Assembly: GCA_903944345.1 (NCBI GenBank)
Contig: CAJARJ010000014.1
Location: forward strand, 990-64,989
DNA: 64,000 nt
Reading direction: 5' to 3'
Source of the DNA: Candidatus Omnitrophota bacterium
GTDB taxonomy: Bacteria; Omnitrophota; Gorgyraeia; Zapsychrales; Fredricksoniimonadaceae
Below, one piece after another: positions 9,554 to 18,150 of the stretch (position 1 is its first letter; each line of letters begins with the position of its first letter). The notes under the pieces are model-generated. The model saw nothing but the letters and a program-made list of their open reading frames with translations, did not search any database and had not been told where the DNA came from. A program made the position numbers and the translations under genes.

Positions 9554-10100
9554 CGGCCATCACCTCCTCTTTGATCCCCAGCAGTTTCTCGCGTCCGCGC
9601 TTGAGCCTCGAACGCACAACATTAATATTCACATTCAACGCCGCAGCAATCTGCTCATAAGTCAGACCTTCGATAGCGCGCAGGATCATGCAAACCCGCT
9701 GCTCGGGTGAAAGCGCGTCCAGCAATCGCCGGATCAGTCCTTCCTTATATTCTTTCTCTGCCGCCTGCGTTACTTCCGGCAAGGCCGCTCCGCTAAAAGC
9801 ATCATCATATTCAACCGTCCGGAATCTTTCCTTGCCTCTTTTACGGTAATAATTGATAGAAGTATTCACCGTAATCCGGTACAACCAGGTGCTTAAGGAA
9901 GACTCCGCACGAAACTCTTTAAGTCTGCTATGCATGGTCACAAAAACCTCCTGCACAATCTCACCGGCATCCTCACGGTTGCGCAAAATCCGCAAACTGA
10001 TGTTATACAGCTGATCCGCATACGTTCGGTAAATCTCTTCAAACGCTCCCACATCACCAGCCGCCGCCCGCTGAATCACTTCGCTGGATACATCCTTCAT
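9543..10100 (-). CDS. ECF (sigma-70 group 4, RpoE-like) sigma factor
   Basis: Region 2 (TWLYRITVNTSINYYRKR) and region 4 HTH (LTYEQIAAALNVNINVVRSRLKRGREKL). Confidence 0.85.
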   Translation of the reverse strand: MKDVSSEVIQRAAAGDVGAFEEIYRTYADQLYNISLRILRNREDAGEIVQEVFVTMHSRLKEFRAESSLSTWLYRITVNTSINYYRKRGKERFRTVEYDDAFSGAALPEVTQAAEKEYKEGLIRRLLDALSPEQRVCMILRAIEGLTYEQIAAALNVNINVVRSRLKRGREKLLGIKEEVMADEL

Positions 10101-10202
10101 TCAAACTCCTTACACCCAACCGGTTTAGGCTTGCCCGTTGAAAGACACTGGCATGCCTTTCAATTATTTAGACAAATCCTGGCAGAAAAAAGTTACGGTA
10201 AA

Positions 10203-13022
10203 ATGGAAATTTATCCTGCCACTGATACTAGCAAATATCCCCCCCGCCACCCAACACCTTCCTCTATTGTTTTCTCAGCCGGTTTCCGGCTATACTTGCT
10301 TATGTTTCCCGGCACCTTACACACATTAATACGTCTTTTTCTCTGCTTTTGCCTCGTGGCGGTTTACCACCCATTCCCTGCGAGCTCCCAGTCTCAGTCT
10401 GTTGTCATAAAACATGATCCACAAACTTTAAGCGCGGATTTCTATCCTGAACAATTAAAAGCCATAACCGTATCGCTCCAAGATCCGCTGCATTTCGACT
10501 TTTATATCGACTCAAGGAATGAAAATTCTTCTGCCTCCGATGAGCAACGGCGTTACCTAGTCCTTATAAAAGATTTCTTTACCGCACTGACTATTCCTGA
10601 GACAGACATCTGGGTTAATCTTTCCCCTTTGGAACAAAATCGTATTATTGAAGAACGATTTGGTCTGACCGATACAGGAAGAGATCTTCTGGCACAGGAT
10701 TTGCTGCTCAAACAAATCGCCTCTGCCCTGCTTTATCCGGAAGACGCCTCCGGCCGCCATTTCTGGGATGAAGTCTACCGCAGAATATGGGAAGAATACG
10801 GAACAACCGATATTCCTGTTGATATTTTTAACCGGGTCTGGATCGTTCCTGAGCAGGCTGAAGTCTATCAGGAAGGCTCCTCGGCCATAATCCTTGAAGG
10901 ACATATGAAAGTCATGCTTGAAAAAGACTATCTGGCCTCGGATCTGTCTGCCGGAATTCGTTCCCATATGCCCCGTGCGCCCGATGAAAACAGCCAGACT
11001 ATCCCTGCAGAGGCTCTGCGTGAAATCATCATTCCTCTTCTGGAGAAAGAAGTCAATGAAGGCAAGACTTTCTTCCGTCTGCGGCAAATTTACCAGGCGC
11101 TGATCCTTTCCACCTGGTACAAAAAAACAATGCGCGAATCCTTTCTTGGTAAAACCTATGCTGACCGTTCCAAAACCGGAGGTATCCGGCAAACCGATCC
11201 GGAAGACAACCAGCGCATTTACAACCGCTATGTTGAAACATACCGCAAGGGGGCCTTTAACTTCATCCGTGAAGAAATTGACAGAAACAGCGGAGAACCA
11301 ATACAACGAAAATACTTTTCCGGCGGTTTTAGTGCTGAAAATTTTTCCCAAAAAGTCATTATCCGAAAGGAGTCAGATTTCGACGCCTCCCAGCCCCCCA
11401 AGCCTGGCCCGACCAAGCGAATAAAGAAAGTCTCGACTTCACTAAGACCATCTTCTGCCGATAATCCTTATCCATTTGATGAGGAAGTCCAAAGACTATC
11501 CAACACACTAAGAAACTTGCACCAACAAATTAAAAACGAGGATCTTGTAGCCAGTGCACAAGTTCTGGGCCCCGACCAGACAACTCTCAACGCTGTTCTG
11601 ACCCAGATCAAACAGAACGCCTCTAACGCGATAGACATTGTATTATCAAATGAGGAACAAAAAAACCTGGTCATGAGTGAATTAGCCGAAAAAATAGTTA
11701 ACGGTGAGAAAACAACCCTGCAATCCCTGCTTTTTGATGGCACTCATACAACAGAAGTTCTCCGGCATCTTCTGGCGGTTACCATGCTCGCCCGCCAGGA
11801 TGCTCCCGTGCCTACCGAAGAAATTCTAAAACTCATGGGGTTACGTGCCGGATCAGTCGCAGCAACCGCTGGTGTCATTGAAAATTCTCAGGATATCTAC
11901 GAACTGGAAGATCTCGAAAACGGATTATTCGGTCTTCTTAAAACAAGACCTTCGGGGCTTAAAGAACCCGGTATCGACCACACCGCCACCCTCCATCGTT
12001 TGCGAGCAGAAGAAGGTGTTTTCCGGTCTCATTTCGATCGCCCGACCCAGAGGCCGCCCTATTTCAAAAAAATCATCCAGGATGCCCAGCGACTGCTACC
12101 GCGTGCCCAGAAAATCGTCGACGTACTGACACATTTCGCGCGCGCTGTAGATCTGCGCGTAAAAACCGGATCGAGCGCCAGCAGAAAATCCAACCTCAAG
12201 CCTCTGATGGAAATATCTGACTTTATCGGAGGACGCGCCATTTACAAAGACCTCAGCGACATGGAAACACAGATTCAGCGGCTGCTTAACAGAACCTCCA
12301 ATGACAAAGTCGATATTCTGGATGAGTGGATAGATCGCGTTAAAGAAGAACAAGATGCTCTGGAGAAAAGATTAAGCCGGTTTAAAAAGACCTCTGCCCA
12401 ATACCAGGCACTCCAGCAGGAACTGGCAGATCACAATAACAGAAGACGCAACCTGATGAACTCAAAACCGCTTATGATCGAGTTTGATAACAAGTTCATG
12501 AGCAACCGCGACTCCTACTACAGAGCCATGCAGTTTCTTTTCGCGGTGGGAACCGGAACATGGACTTTTGAACTGCAAATGAAGACATTGCCAGCGGCAA
12601 TAACACAGGACATGGAACACACATTTTACAAAAACAAAAAGAAAAACTCTCCACTACTGTCCGCGATCAGACGACACAACCGCTTGGTCAATATCATTGA
12701 ACTCATCAACTACCTTTACAGCCGTCAGGATATCAACCCAAACTGGATTCTTTTTGAAATCAACAAACACCTGCCGCCACAAGGCGAAAAAACTTCCTCC
12801 GTCGACCCGGCAGCGGTTAGCGTAGCCAGTCCCACCGGAGGTATCGATGCCCGGCATATTGAAAACAAGGTGTTTCTCAGCGGTAGCAACGATATGCCAG
12901 CGCTAATTCAGGAGTTTCAGAATACAGACTATCCGGACGGCTTTGAAGCGGAAATCCTTTCCATCCACCCGGCGGATGATCTTTCATCCGTTTTTCCTGC
13001 ACAATATCCACTCGCCAAATGA
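10203..13022 (+). CDS. Large exported hypothetical protein with a C-terminal RelA/SpoT (RSH) synthetase-like motif set (alternative start 10302)
   Basis: The ORF-track start at 9930 would overlap the sigma gene on the opposite strand, so I took ATG 10203 or 10302. Signal-peptide-like MFPGTLHTLIRLFLCFCLVAVYHPFPASS. C-terminal motifs: LRVKTGSSASRK (RxKxxxSxxxK), DFIGGR (DxxGxR), ELQMKTL (ExQxRT-like) and MEHTFYK (EHxxY). Confidence 0.6.
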   Translation: MEIYPATDTSKYPPRHPTPSSIVFSAGFRLYLLMFPGTLHTLIRLFLCFCLVAVYHPFPASSQSQSVVIKHDPQTLSADFYPEQLKAITVSLQDPLHFDFYIDSRNENSSASDEQRRYLVLIKDFFTALTIPETDIWVNLSPLEQNRIIEERFGLTDTGRDLLAQDLLLKQIASALLYPEDASGRHFWDEVYRRIWEEYGTTDIPVDIFNRVWIVPEQAEVYQEGSSAIILEGHMKVMLEKDYLASDLSAGIRSHMPRAPDENSQTIPAEALREIIIPLLEKEVNEGKTFFRLRQIYQALILSTWYKKTMRESFLGKTYADRSKTGGIRQTDPEDNQRIYNRYVETYRKGAFNFIREEIDRNSGEPIQRKYFSGGFSAENFSQKVIIRKESDFDASQPPKPGPTKRIKKVSTSLRPSSADNPYPFDEEVQRLSNTLRNLHQQIKNEDLVASAQVLGPDQTTLNAVLTQIKQNASNAIDIVLSNEEQKNLVMSELAEKIVNGEKTTLQSLLFDGTHTTEVLRHLLAVTMLARQDAPVPTEEILKLMGLRAGSVAATAGVIENSQDIYELEDLENGLFGLLKTRPSGLKEPGIDHTATLHRLRAEEGVFRSHFDRPTQRPPYFKKIIQDAQRLLPRAQKIVDVLTHFARAVDLRVKTGSSASRKSNLKPLMEISDFIGGRAIYKDLSDMETQIQRLLNRTSNDKVDILDEWIDRVKEEQDALEKRLSRFKKTSAQYQALQQELADHNNRRRNLMNSKPLMIEFDNKFMSNRDSYYRAMQFLFAVGTGTWTFELQMKTLPAAITQDMEHTFYKNKKKNSPLLSAIRRHNRLVNIIELINYLYSRQDINPNWILFEINKHLPPQGEKTSSVDPAAVSVASPTGGIDARHIENKVFLSGSNDMPALIQEFQNTDYPDGFEAEILSIHPADDLSSVFPAQYPLAK

Positions 13023-13025
13023 AGG

Positions 13026-14588
13026 CTATTCCGGCCACAGACCAAGAATCCTTTCAACACGAAACATGCGCACCGCCTGGCGCAGCTCGCAGCGTGCCAG
13101 CATACCGCAAAAAGAAGTGTCTTTGTAACTCTGATCTCCTACCCTTTGCGGCCAGACCCTGCGCCGGGAAACTTCACCGTTATTGCTGAGATACTCAATC
13201 TCCAGAGAACTTCCCCGGGCGACGGCGTCCTCGATGATCCGGACTTTCTGCTCCCGGGATAATCGCAAAGAAACCTCTGGTTGCCTGAAAGAAAGCATAA
13301 AATCCACCACCCTCCAGTCTGTAAAAACATGCGCCCTGCGAATGGGGGTTTTTAACGCTATTCCCTCCAGGGTTCTTGCCCGGCTGAGCGCCACATACGT
13401 CTGCCCGTAAGCGAATGCGCCCCGCCCCATATCAATAATCACCCGGTCAAAGGTCTTGCCCTGACTCTTGTGAATCGTCACCGCCCAGGCCAGTTTAAGC
13501 GGATATTGACGGAATGTTCCGGCAACTTCAGCATCTATCTTGCGGGCCTCCGCATCCCAGGTATAGTCAAACATATCCCAGATATTAGGCGAAACTTCCA
13601 CTTCCTCACCATTCTCCAGGCGAACTATAACCAAAGGCTCAAGCCCCGATTTCTCAATAGCCGTCACCACTCCCATACTTCCATTAACCCAGCGCCCCTG
13701 GGAGTCGTTATTAAGCAACATCACCTGCGCGCCCTGCCTGAGCATGACCTCTTCATCCGCAGGGAAAGATGACGTTTTGAACGCACCTTCAATCTCGGCC
13801 CGCAAGCTGACCGTGCGTCCGCCAAGGCCGGACAAATAACGATGATTAATCTCCAAAGCCTGGGCATTGGCCGGAACCAGAGTCACCGTAAAACCGGCCC
13901 CCTCACCCCTGAAATCGGCCCCCAAACGGGAATTTAATATCGCCAGTTGCTCCTGGCTGACTTCATTGCTGCGGATGGCATTCAACACGGCAATAAAAGA
14001 GGCATCCTTTTGCCGATAAATCTTTTCCAGTTCAACCAGCGTCAGTTGTGTCCCGGAATGCTCCAGCCCCGGTGTCATGGCTTCAGCGCTGAAGAAATAC
14101 GGACTGGCATAGCGCCCCCTGAAAAGGTCTTTCTCATGGGGCAAAACTACCGGTGGAAGCTGATACAAATCGCCGATCAAAATTAGCTTGATACCACCAA
14201 ATGGGACTTTCTTGTCCCGCCCATTTTTGCGCAAGGACCGGTCGATGCAGTCCATAAGATCCGCGCGAACCATGGACACCTCATCGATCACGATCGCATC
14301 CAGCTCCCTCACCAGTTCTCTGCGGTCAGCGGGTAACCTGCGTACTTTTTCCGGAGTTATATCCGGCTTAAACTGGAAGAACGAATGAATCGTCTGTCCG
14401 CCTACATTAACCGCAGCCACACCGGTCGGGGCGAGCACAATGATGCGTCGGGAGGTATGCTCACGAAAATACTGAAGTAATGTCGATTTTCCTGTACCAG
14501 CCTTGCCTGTAATAAAAACATGCCGACCGGGAGTTTCCATAAGATCCAGGGCTTGTTTAAAACGGTCATTAATCTCGATCTGGCTCAT
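13026..14588 (-). CDS. Pif1/RecD-family (AAA_30) helicase with C-terminal WYL domain
   Basis: Walker A GKAGTGKST and Walker B IVIDEVSMV. The C-terminal segment LEIEYLSNNGEVSRRRVWPQRV...FRVERI is WYL-like. Confidence 0.8.
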   Translation of the reverse strand: MSQIEINDRFKQALDLMETPGRHVFITGKAGTGKSTLLQYFREHTSRRIIVLAPTGVAAVNVGGQTIHSFFQFKPDITPEKVRRLPADRRELVRELDAIVIDEVSMVRADLMDCIDRSLRKNGRDKKVPFGGIKLILIGDLYQLPPVVLPHEKDLFRGRYASPYFFSAEAMTPGLEHSGTQLTLVELEKIYRQKDASFIAVLNAIRSNEVSQEQLAILNSRLGADFRGEGAGFTVTLVPANAQALEINHRYLSGLGGRTVSLRAEIEGAFKTSSFPADEEVMLRQGAQVMLLNNDSQGRWVNGSMGVVTAIEKSGLEPLVIVRLENGEEVEVSPNIWDMFDYTWDAEARKIDAEVAGTFRQYPLKLAWAVTIHKSQGKTFDRVIIDMGRGAFAYGQTYVALSRARTLEGIALKTPIRRAHVFTDWRVVDFMLSFRQPEVSLRLSREQKVRIIEDAVARGSSLEIEYLSNNGEVSRRRVWPQRVGDQSYKDTSFCGMLARCELRQAVRMFRVERILGLWPE

Positions 14589-14604
14589 GAACGTCCCGGT
14601 TCCT

Positions 14605-15609
14605 TTATAATATCAGCATCGCATCGCCGTAACTGTAGAAACGGTATTTGTTCCTGACAGCTTCCTCGTAGGCATGGCGAATCAATTCAAGACCGCCCAG
14701 CGCACAAACCAGCATAAAAAGCGTGCTGCGCGGCAAATGGAAATTGGTTATCAATCCGTTTACAATATGAAAACGCTCCCCGGGATACAAAAAAAGACGT
14801 GTATCTCCGCGCACAGATGCATAGCGTGCATAGGACTCCAGCACCCGGCAACTGGTTGTACCGACCGCTATGACCGGACGGGAAGAATCGGATGCCTGGC
14901 GAATAAGTTTAAGTGCCGCCGGGCGAATATGATAATCCTCGCTATGCATTGGATGGGACACAACGTCCTGCGCTTCTACGGGTTTAAACGTACCGTAATT
15001 CACATGCAGCGTAACTTCAGCAAACGTATGTCCCGCCCGTTTGAGTTCGCTGATCAATGGACGGGTAAAATGTAAACCGGCCGTAGGGGCCGCTACTGAT
15101 CCGTTATGTTTCGCATAAACCGTCTGATAGTCTTTCCGGTCGGCCTCGTCATCCTCACGCGCAATATATGGTGGAAGAGGAATATGTCCGGTTTTCTCCA
15201 GGAATGCCGCCACATCATCCCGGTCAAACTCTACCAAGCGACGGGAACGATCAATCAGTCGGGCTTTGAGCCCTCCGGGAAAAACCAGAGGCTCCTCATC
15301 CCTGATCCGTCGTAATGGCCTGAGCATGGCCTCATAAACCCTGCCTTGGTGATGCCGCAGCAAAAACAGTTCGACCTCGCCTCCGGAACGCTCTTTAATC
15401 CCCAAAAGACGAGCCGGAATAACCCGGCTGTTATTAACAACCATAAGCGCGGCCTCGGGCAGATATCTCACAATATTGCGAAAAACATCGTGGTGCAATG
15501 TGCCGGTTGCGCGGTTAACCACCAGAAGTCGGGATGAATCTCTGGGATTAACCGGACGCTGGGCAATCAACTCCCGGGGAAGGTCATAGTCAAAATCAGA
15601 TATGTTCAT
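14605..15609 (-). CDS. queA: S-adenosylmethionine:tRNA ribosyltransferase-isomerase
   Basis: MNISDFDYDLPRELIAQRP..., with full-length QueA-like sequence. The ORF-track start at 15648 is probably too long. Confidence 0.9.
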   Translation of the reverse strand: MNISDFDYDLPRELIAQRPVNPRDSSRLLVVNRATGTLHHDVFRNIVRYLPEAALMVVNNSRVIPARLLGIKERSGGEVELFLLRHHQGRVYEAMLRPLRRIRDEEPLVFPGGLKARLIDRSRRLVEFDRDDVAAFLEKTGHIPLPPYIAREDDEADRKDYQTVYAKHNGSVAAPTAGLHFTRPLISELKRAGHTFAEVTLHVNYGTFKPVEAQDVVSHPMHSEDYHIRPAALKLIRQASDSSRPVIAVGTTSCRVLESYARYASVRGDTRLFLYPGERFHIVNGLITNFHLPRSTLFMLVCALGGLELIRHAYEEAVRNKYRFYSYGDAMLIL

Positions 15610-15741
15610 AATAACTGGCAGAAAAGACTCCGAAGAAAACTCAATCAAGCTTTTCCTTGAAAGCCGAAAAGATCAGGACTATATTCAAAGAAAGTTGCAA
15701 CGCCTCAAACATCTGTCAAAACATTAAAGGACTTTTCAGAA

Positions 15742-16104
15742 ATGAACTACGACAAAATCATGAATACGATCAAGCAGTGGGATAACCGCAGCAGTCAATG
15801 GTTCTTTCGTCATTTCTATCTCATGTTCTTTCAAATTATTCTGGTCGGAATTTTTGTAGTCTTTTTTATCTCGACCATCAACACCATTAACCTGGCTTCG
15901 GAAGTCAACAATGACTCCCTGATCGAACGTCTGCTTCTCTCACAAAATACAGTTCAGCTCATGATGATATTTTTGATGATCCTTAATTCTTTCTGGATGC
16001 TTATATTGCTGGCCAGCGTTTTTCGTGTCCGGTCTTTACTTAAAAACATCGATTTCAGCCTGTCACGCCGCTCGAACAACACACAAAAAGGGCGCGAGGA
16101 CTGA
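15742..16104 (+). CDS. Small hypothetical membrane protein (2 TM)
   Basis: 120-aa ORF with two hydrophobic helices. It sits where ftsZ would be expected. Confidence 0.4.
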   Translation: MNYDKIMNTIKQWDNRSSQWFFRHFYLMFFQIILVGIFVVFFISTINTINLASEVNNDSLIERLLLSQNTVQLMMIFLMILNSFWMLILLASVFRVRSLLKNIDFSLSRRSNNTQKGRED

Positions 16105-16114
16105 CCCCCTGGTA

Positions 16115-17362
16115 TCAAAAATATTCGTTGCAAATCTCGTCCAGTCTTGTTCGAAACGCCTGCCACCAGTCCTCCGGCTTGCGAGAGTCAAAAATGTATC
16201 GTTTACTTCCTTTATAAGCCGTCTCGGCGACACTGGTACAGGCACAAAATGCAGCCGCATTGTTCAAGCCATTGATCGGCCGCCCCAGCCTGACCGAAAG
16301 ACCGCAGGCTGATTCAACTCTCTCGGCCAGACCGGGTAAAAGACACCCTCCTCCGGTCATCACCATGCCCCCTTTGAACGCAGATGAAGTGCCCGCATCC
16401 CGGAGAGCTCCATTGATCAGGTCGACCAGCCTTACAACCTCTGTTTCAATTGTGTTGTTAAGCAAAAGCCTCTTGACCGGAACAAACGACTGCTCTTTTT
16501 TGATCAAAATCTCTTCATCCTCGAAAGAACTTTTTGCCTCGGAAACCCGCGCGTAGGAACGCTTGATATCTTCAGCCAGATCTCTCGCGACACCAAGGGT
16601 CTGGGCAATACGCAAGGTCATATCTTCGCCGCCAAAGTCCGACCGCACATAATTCTTGAGCAGACCATCCTTATAAACCAGAACCTGTGTGCTGCGGGCA
16701 CCAAGATCAACCAGAACCGCCCCGTCCAGCCGCTGACGCTTGTCCAGCAAAGCCTCCGAAAGAACATGCGCACCAAAAAAAATCTTGTTAACCTCGAACC
16801 CGGCCTGTTTGACTGCCTTGGAAATGTTACGCATGCGCGTAACATTGGTTACCGCCAAAAGAGACTCGACCTCAAGTTTGCGTCCGTAAAGTCCCAGTGG
16901 ATTAAGCGCTATATTGACATCATCAACCCGGAACTGCTGGACAAAATCATGCAGCACATCATCGTCCAGGCGAACCCCAAGTATCCTCGCCTGGGAACGT
17001 ACCCGGTCGATATCGTGCAGGGTGATAACCTTGTTGCCTCTTTCAGCCAAAGGAATAACCGCCCGGCTCGGACGCGTTTCGACAAGATCCCCTCCTACGG
17101 AAAGATACACATCCCGAAAACGAATCTGGGTCTTTTTGACCAGAATATCCACAGTGCTGCCTATGGCTGAAGAAAACTCGCTGATGTCGTTAACCGAAGT
17201 ATCCTGAAAGCCCTTTGTATCCAATTCGCTTACGGCCAGAAGATCAAGATCCTGAGGATTGCGCACATAAAAAAGACAAGCTTTAATCTTGCGCGAGCCT
17301 ATATCCAGTCCGCAGAAATAGGAATCATTAAAGAATTGCCCAATAACATTCCTGAAGTTCAT
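16115..17362 (-). CDS. ftsA: Cell division protein FtsA
   Basis: Actin-like ATPase with FCGLDIGSRKIKA and later ...LVDLGARSTQV... ...VMTGGGCLLPGL. Confidence 0.9.
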   Translation of the reverse strand: MNFRNVIGQFFNDSYFCGLDIGSRKIKACLFYVRNPQDLDLLAVSELDTKGFQDTSVNDISEFSSAIGSTVDILVKKTQIRFRDVYLSVGGDLVETRPSRAVIPLAERGNKVITLHDIDRVRSQARILGVRLDDDVLHDFVQQFRVDDVNIALNPLGLYGRKLEVESLLAVTNVTRMRNISKAVKQAGFEVNKIFFGAHVLSEALLDKRQRLDGAVLVDLGARSTQVLVYKDGLLKNYVRSDFGGEDMTLRIAQTLGVARDLAEDIKRSYARVSEAKSSFEDEEILIKKEQSFVPVKRLLLNNTIETEVVRLVDLINGALRDAGTSSAFKGGMVMTGGGCLLPGLAERVESACGLSVRLGRPINGLNNAAAFCACTSVAETAYKGSKRYIFDSRKPEDWWQAFRTRLDEICNEYF

Positions 17363-18150
17363 GTTTTTCGCGCCTTCTTTTTGCCAATAACGGGTTCCCG
17401 AAAACGCAGGTCTATATAATTGATTTGGGAGAAATCAATCTCCTGATGAGACAACAGCATTTGCAAAATATTCAGCTGGGAAGAATATTTATCCAGATCA
17501 AGGTAAACATCCAGTTCCCCTTTCTGCGAATCAATCGAAGCGACAATACGAGTTTTATCCGCAACATTCAGGCTGGAAAGAGCGCTATCGAGCAGCACCG
17601 GGTTCTTTTTAAACTCCCCGATAATGGCTACCGCAGACTGGAAAACCGAATCCACAATCCGCTCCCCCGCGGCGGGACGTTGATCCTTTATGCCTTTAAC
17701 CAGAACCAAGTCTTCCGTAGCCTTGTCTGCTGGTCTGATAAGCCAGCCGTCACGATCCGCCAAAAATGTCTTGCCGGCCAACGTAACCTTGACAAAAGGA
17801 TCTCTTCTGACAGCCATCACCACAATCTGGTCAGGAAACCGGCGCAGAACCCTGATTTCGGCGAGCGACGAATGTTTTTCCCGCAGCCGGGACTCGATCT
17901 TGCGAATATCAACAGCGAAAATCCGCTGCCCCTTGATCTTTTGCAGCTCGGAGAGATCCATCTTCTGCAATTCTTCAGTCAGTACAATATCTTTAACCGC
18001 GAACACCGGAGAATTGCGCAGATAACCGGACACTCCCCAAACCAGAAAAATCCCGGTCGAAAGAATGATCAGCATTATAGCGCCGATGCGAACTCCCTCA
18101 ACGGAGGGCTGCCGCCGATCTTTCTTTCTTTTTACCATAAGCCATTTCAA
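17359..18150 (-). CDS. ftsQ: Cell division protein FtsQ/DivIB
   Basis: Basic N-terminus, one TM helix and a POTRA-containing periplasmic domain. It lies between murC-ddl and ftsA. Confidence 0.75.
   Translation of the reverse strand: MKWLMVKRKKDRRQPSVEGVRIGAIMLIILSTGIFLVWGVSGYLRNSPVFAVKDIVLTEELQKMDLSELQKIKGQRIFAVDIRKIESRLREKHSSLAEIRVLRRFPDQIVVMAVRRDPFVKVTLAGKTFLADRDGWLIRPADKATEDLVLVKGIKDQRPAAGERIVDSVFQSAVAIIGEFKKNPVLLDSALSSLNVADKTRIVASIDSQKGELDVYLDLDKYSSQLNILQMLLSHQEIDFSQINYIDLRFREPVIGKKKARKT

Noticed and set aside
9930-10202. 5' extension of the large + strand ORF back to 9930
   Set aside because: It would overlap about 170 nt of the ECF sigma gene on the opposite strand. A downstream ATG (10203 or 10302) precedes a signal-peptide-like segment, so the extension is taken as an artefact of open reading frame.
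10557-11351. Long antisense ORFs (also 4913-5539 +, 16766-17170 +, 17425-18225 +, 24131-24829 +, 26596-27429 +, 33028-33513 +)
   Set aside because: They lie entirely within, and antisense to, well-conserved genes, and their products have low-complexity Arg/Pro/Ser-rich composition typical of non-coding frames.
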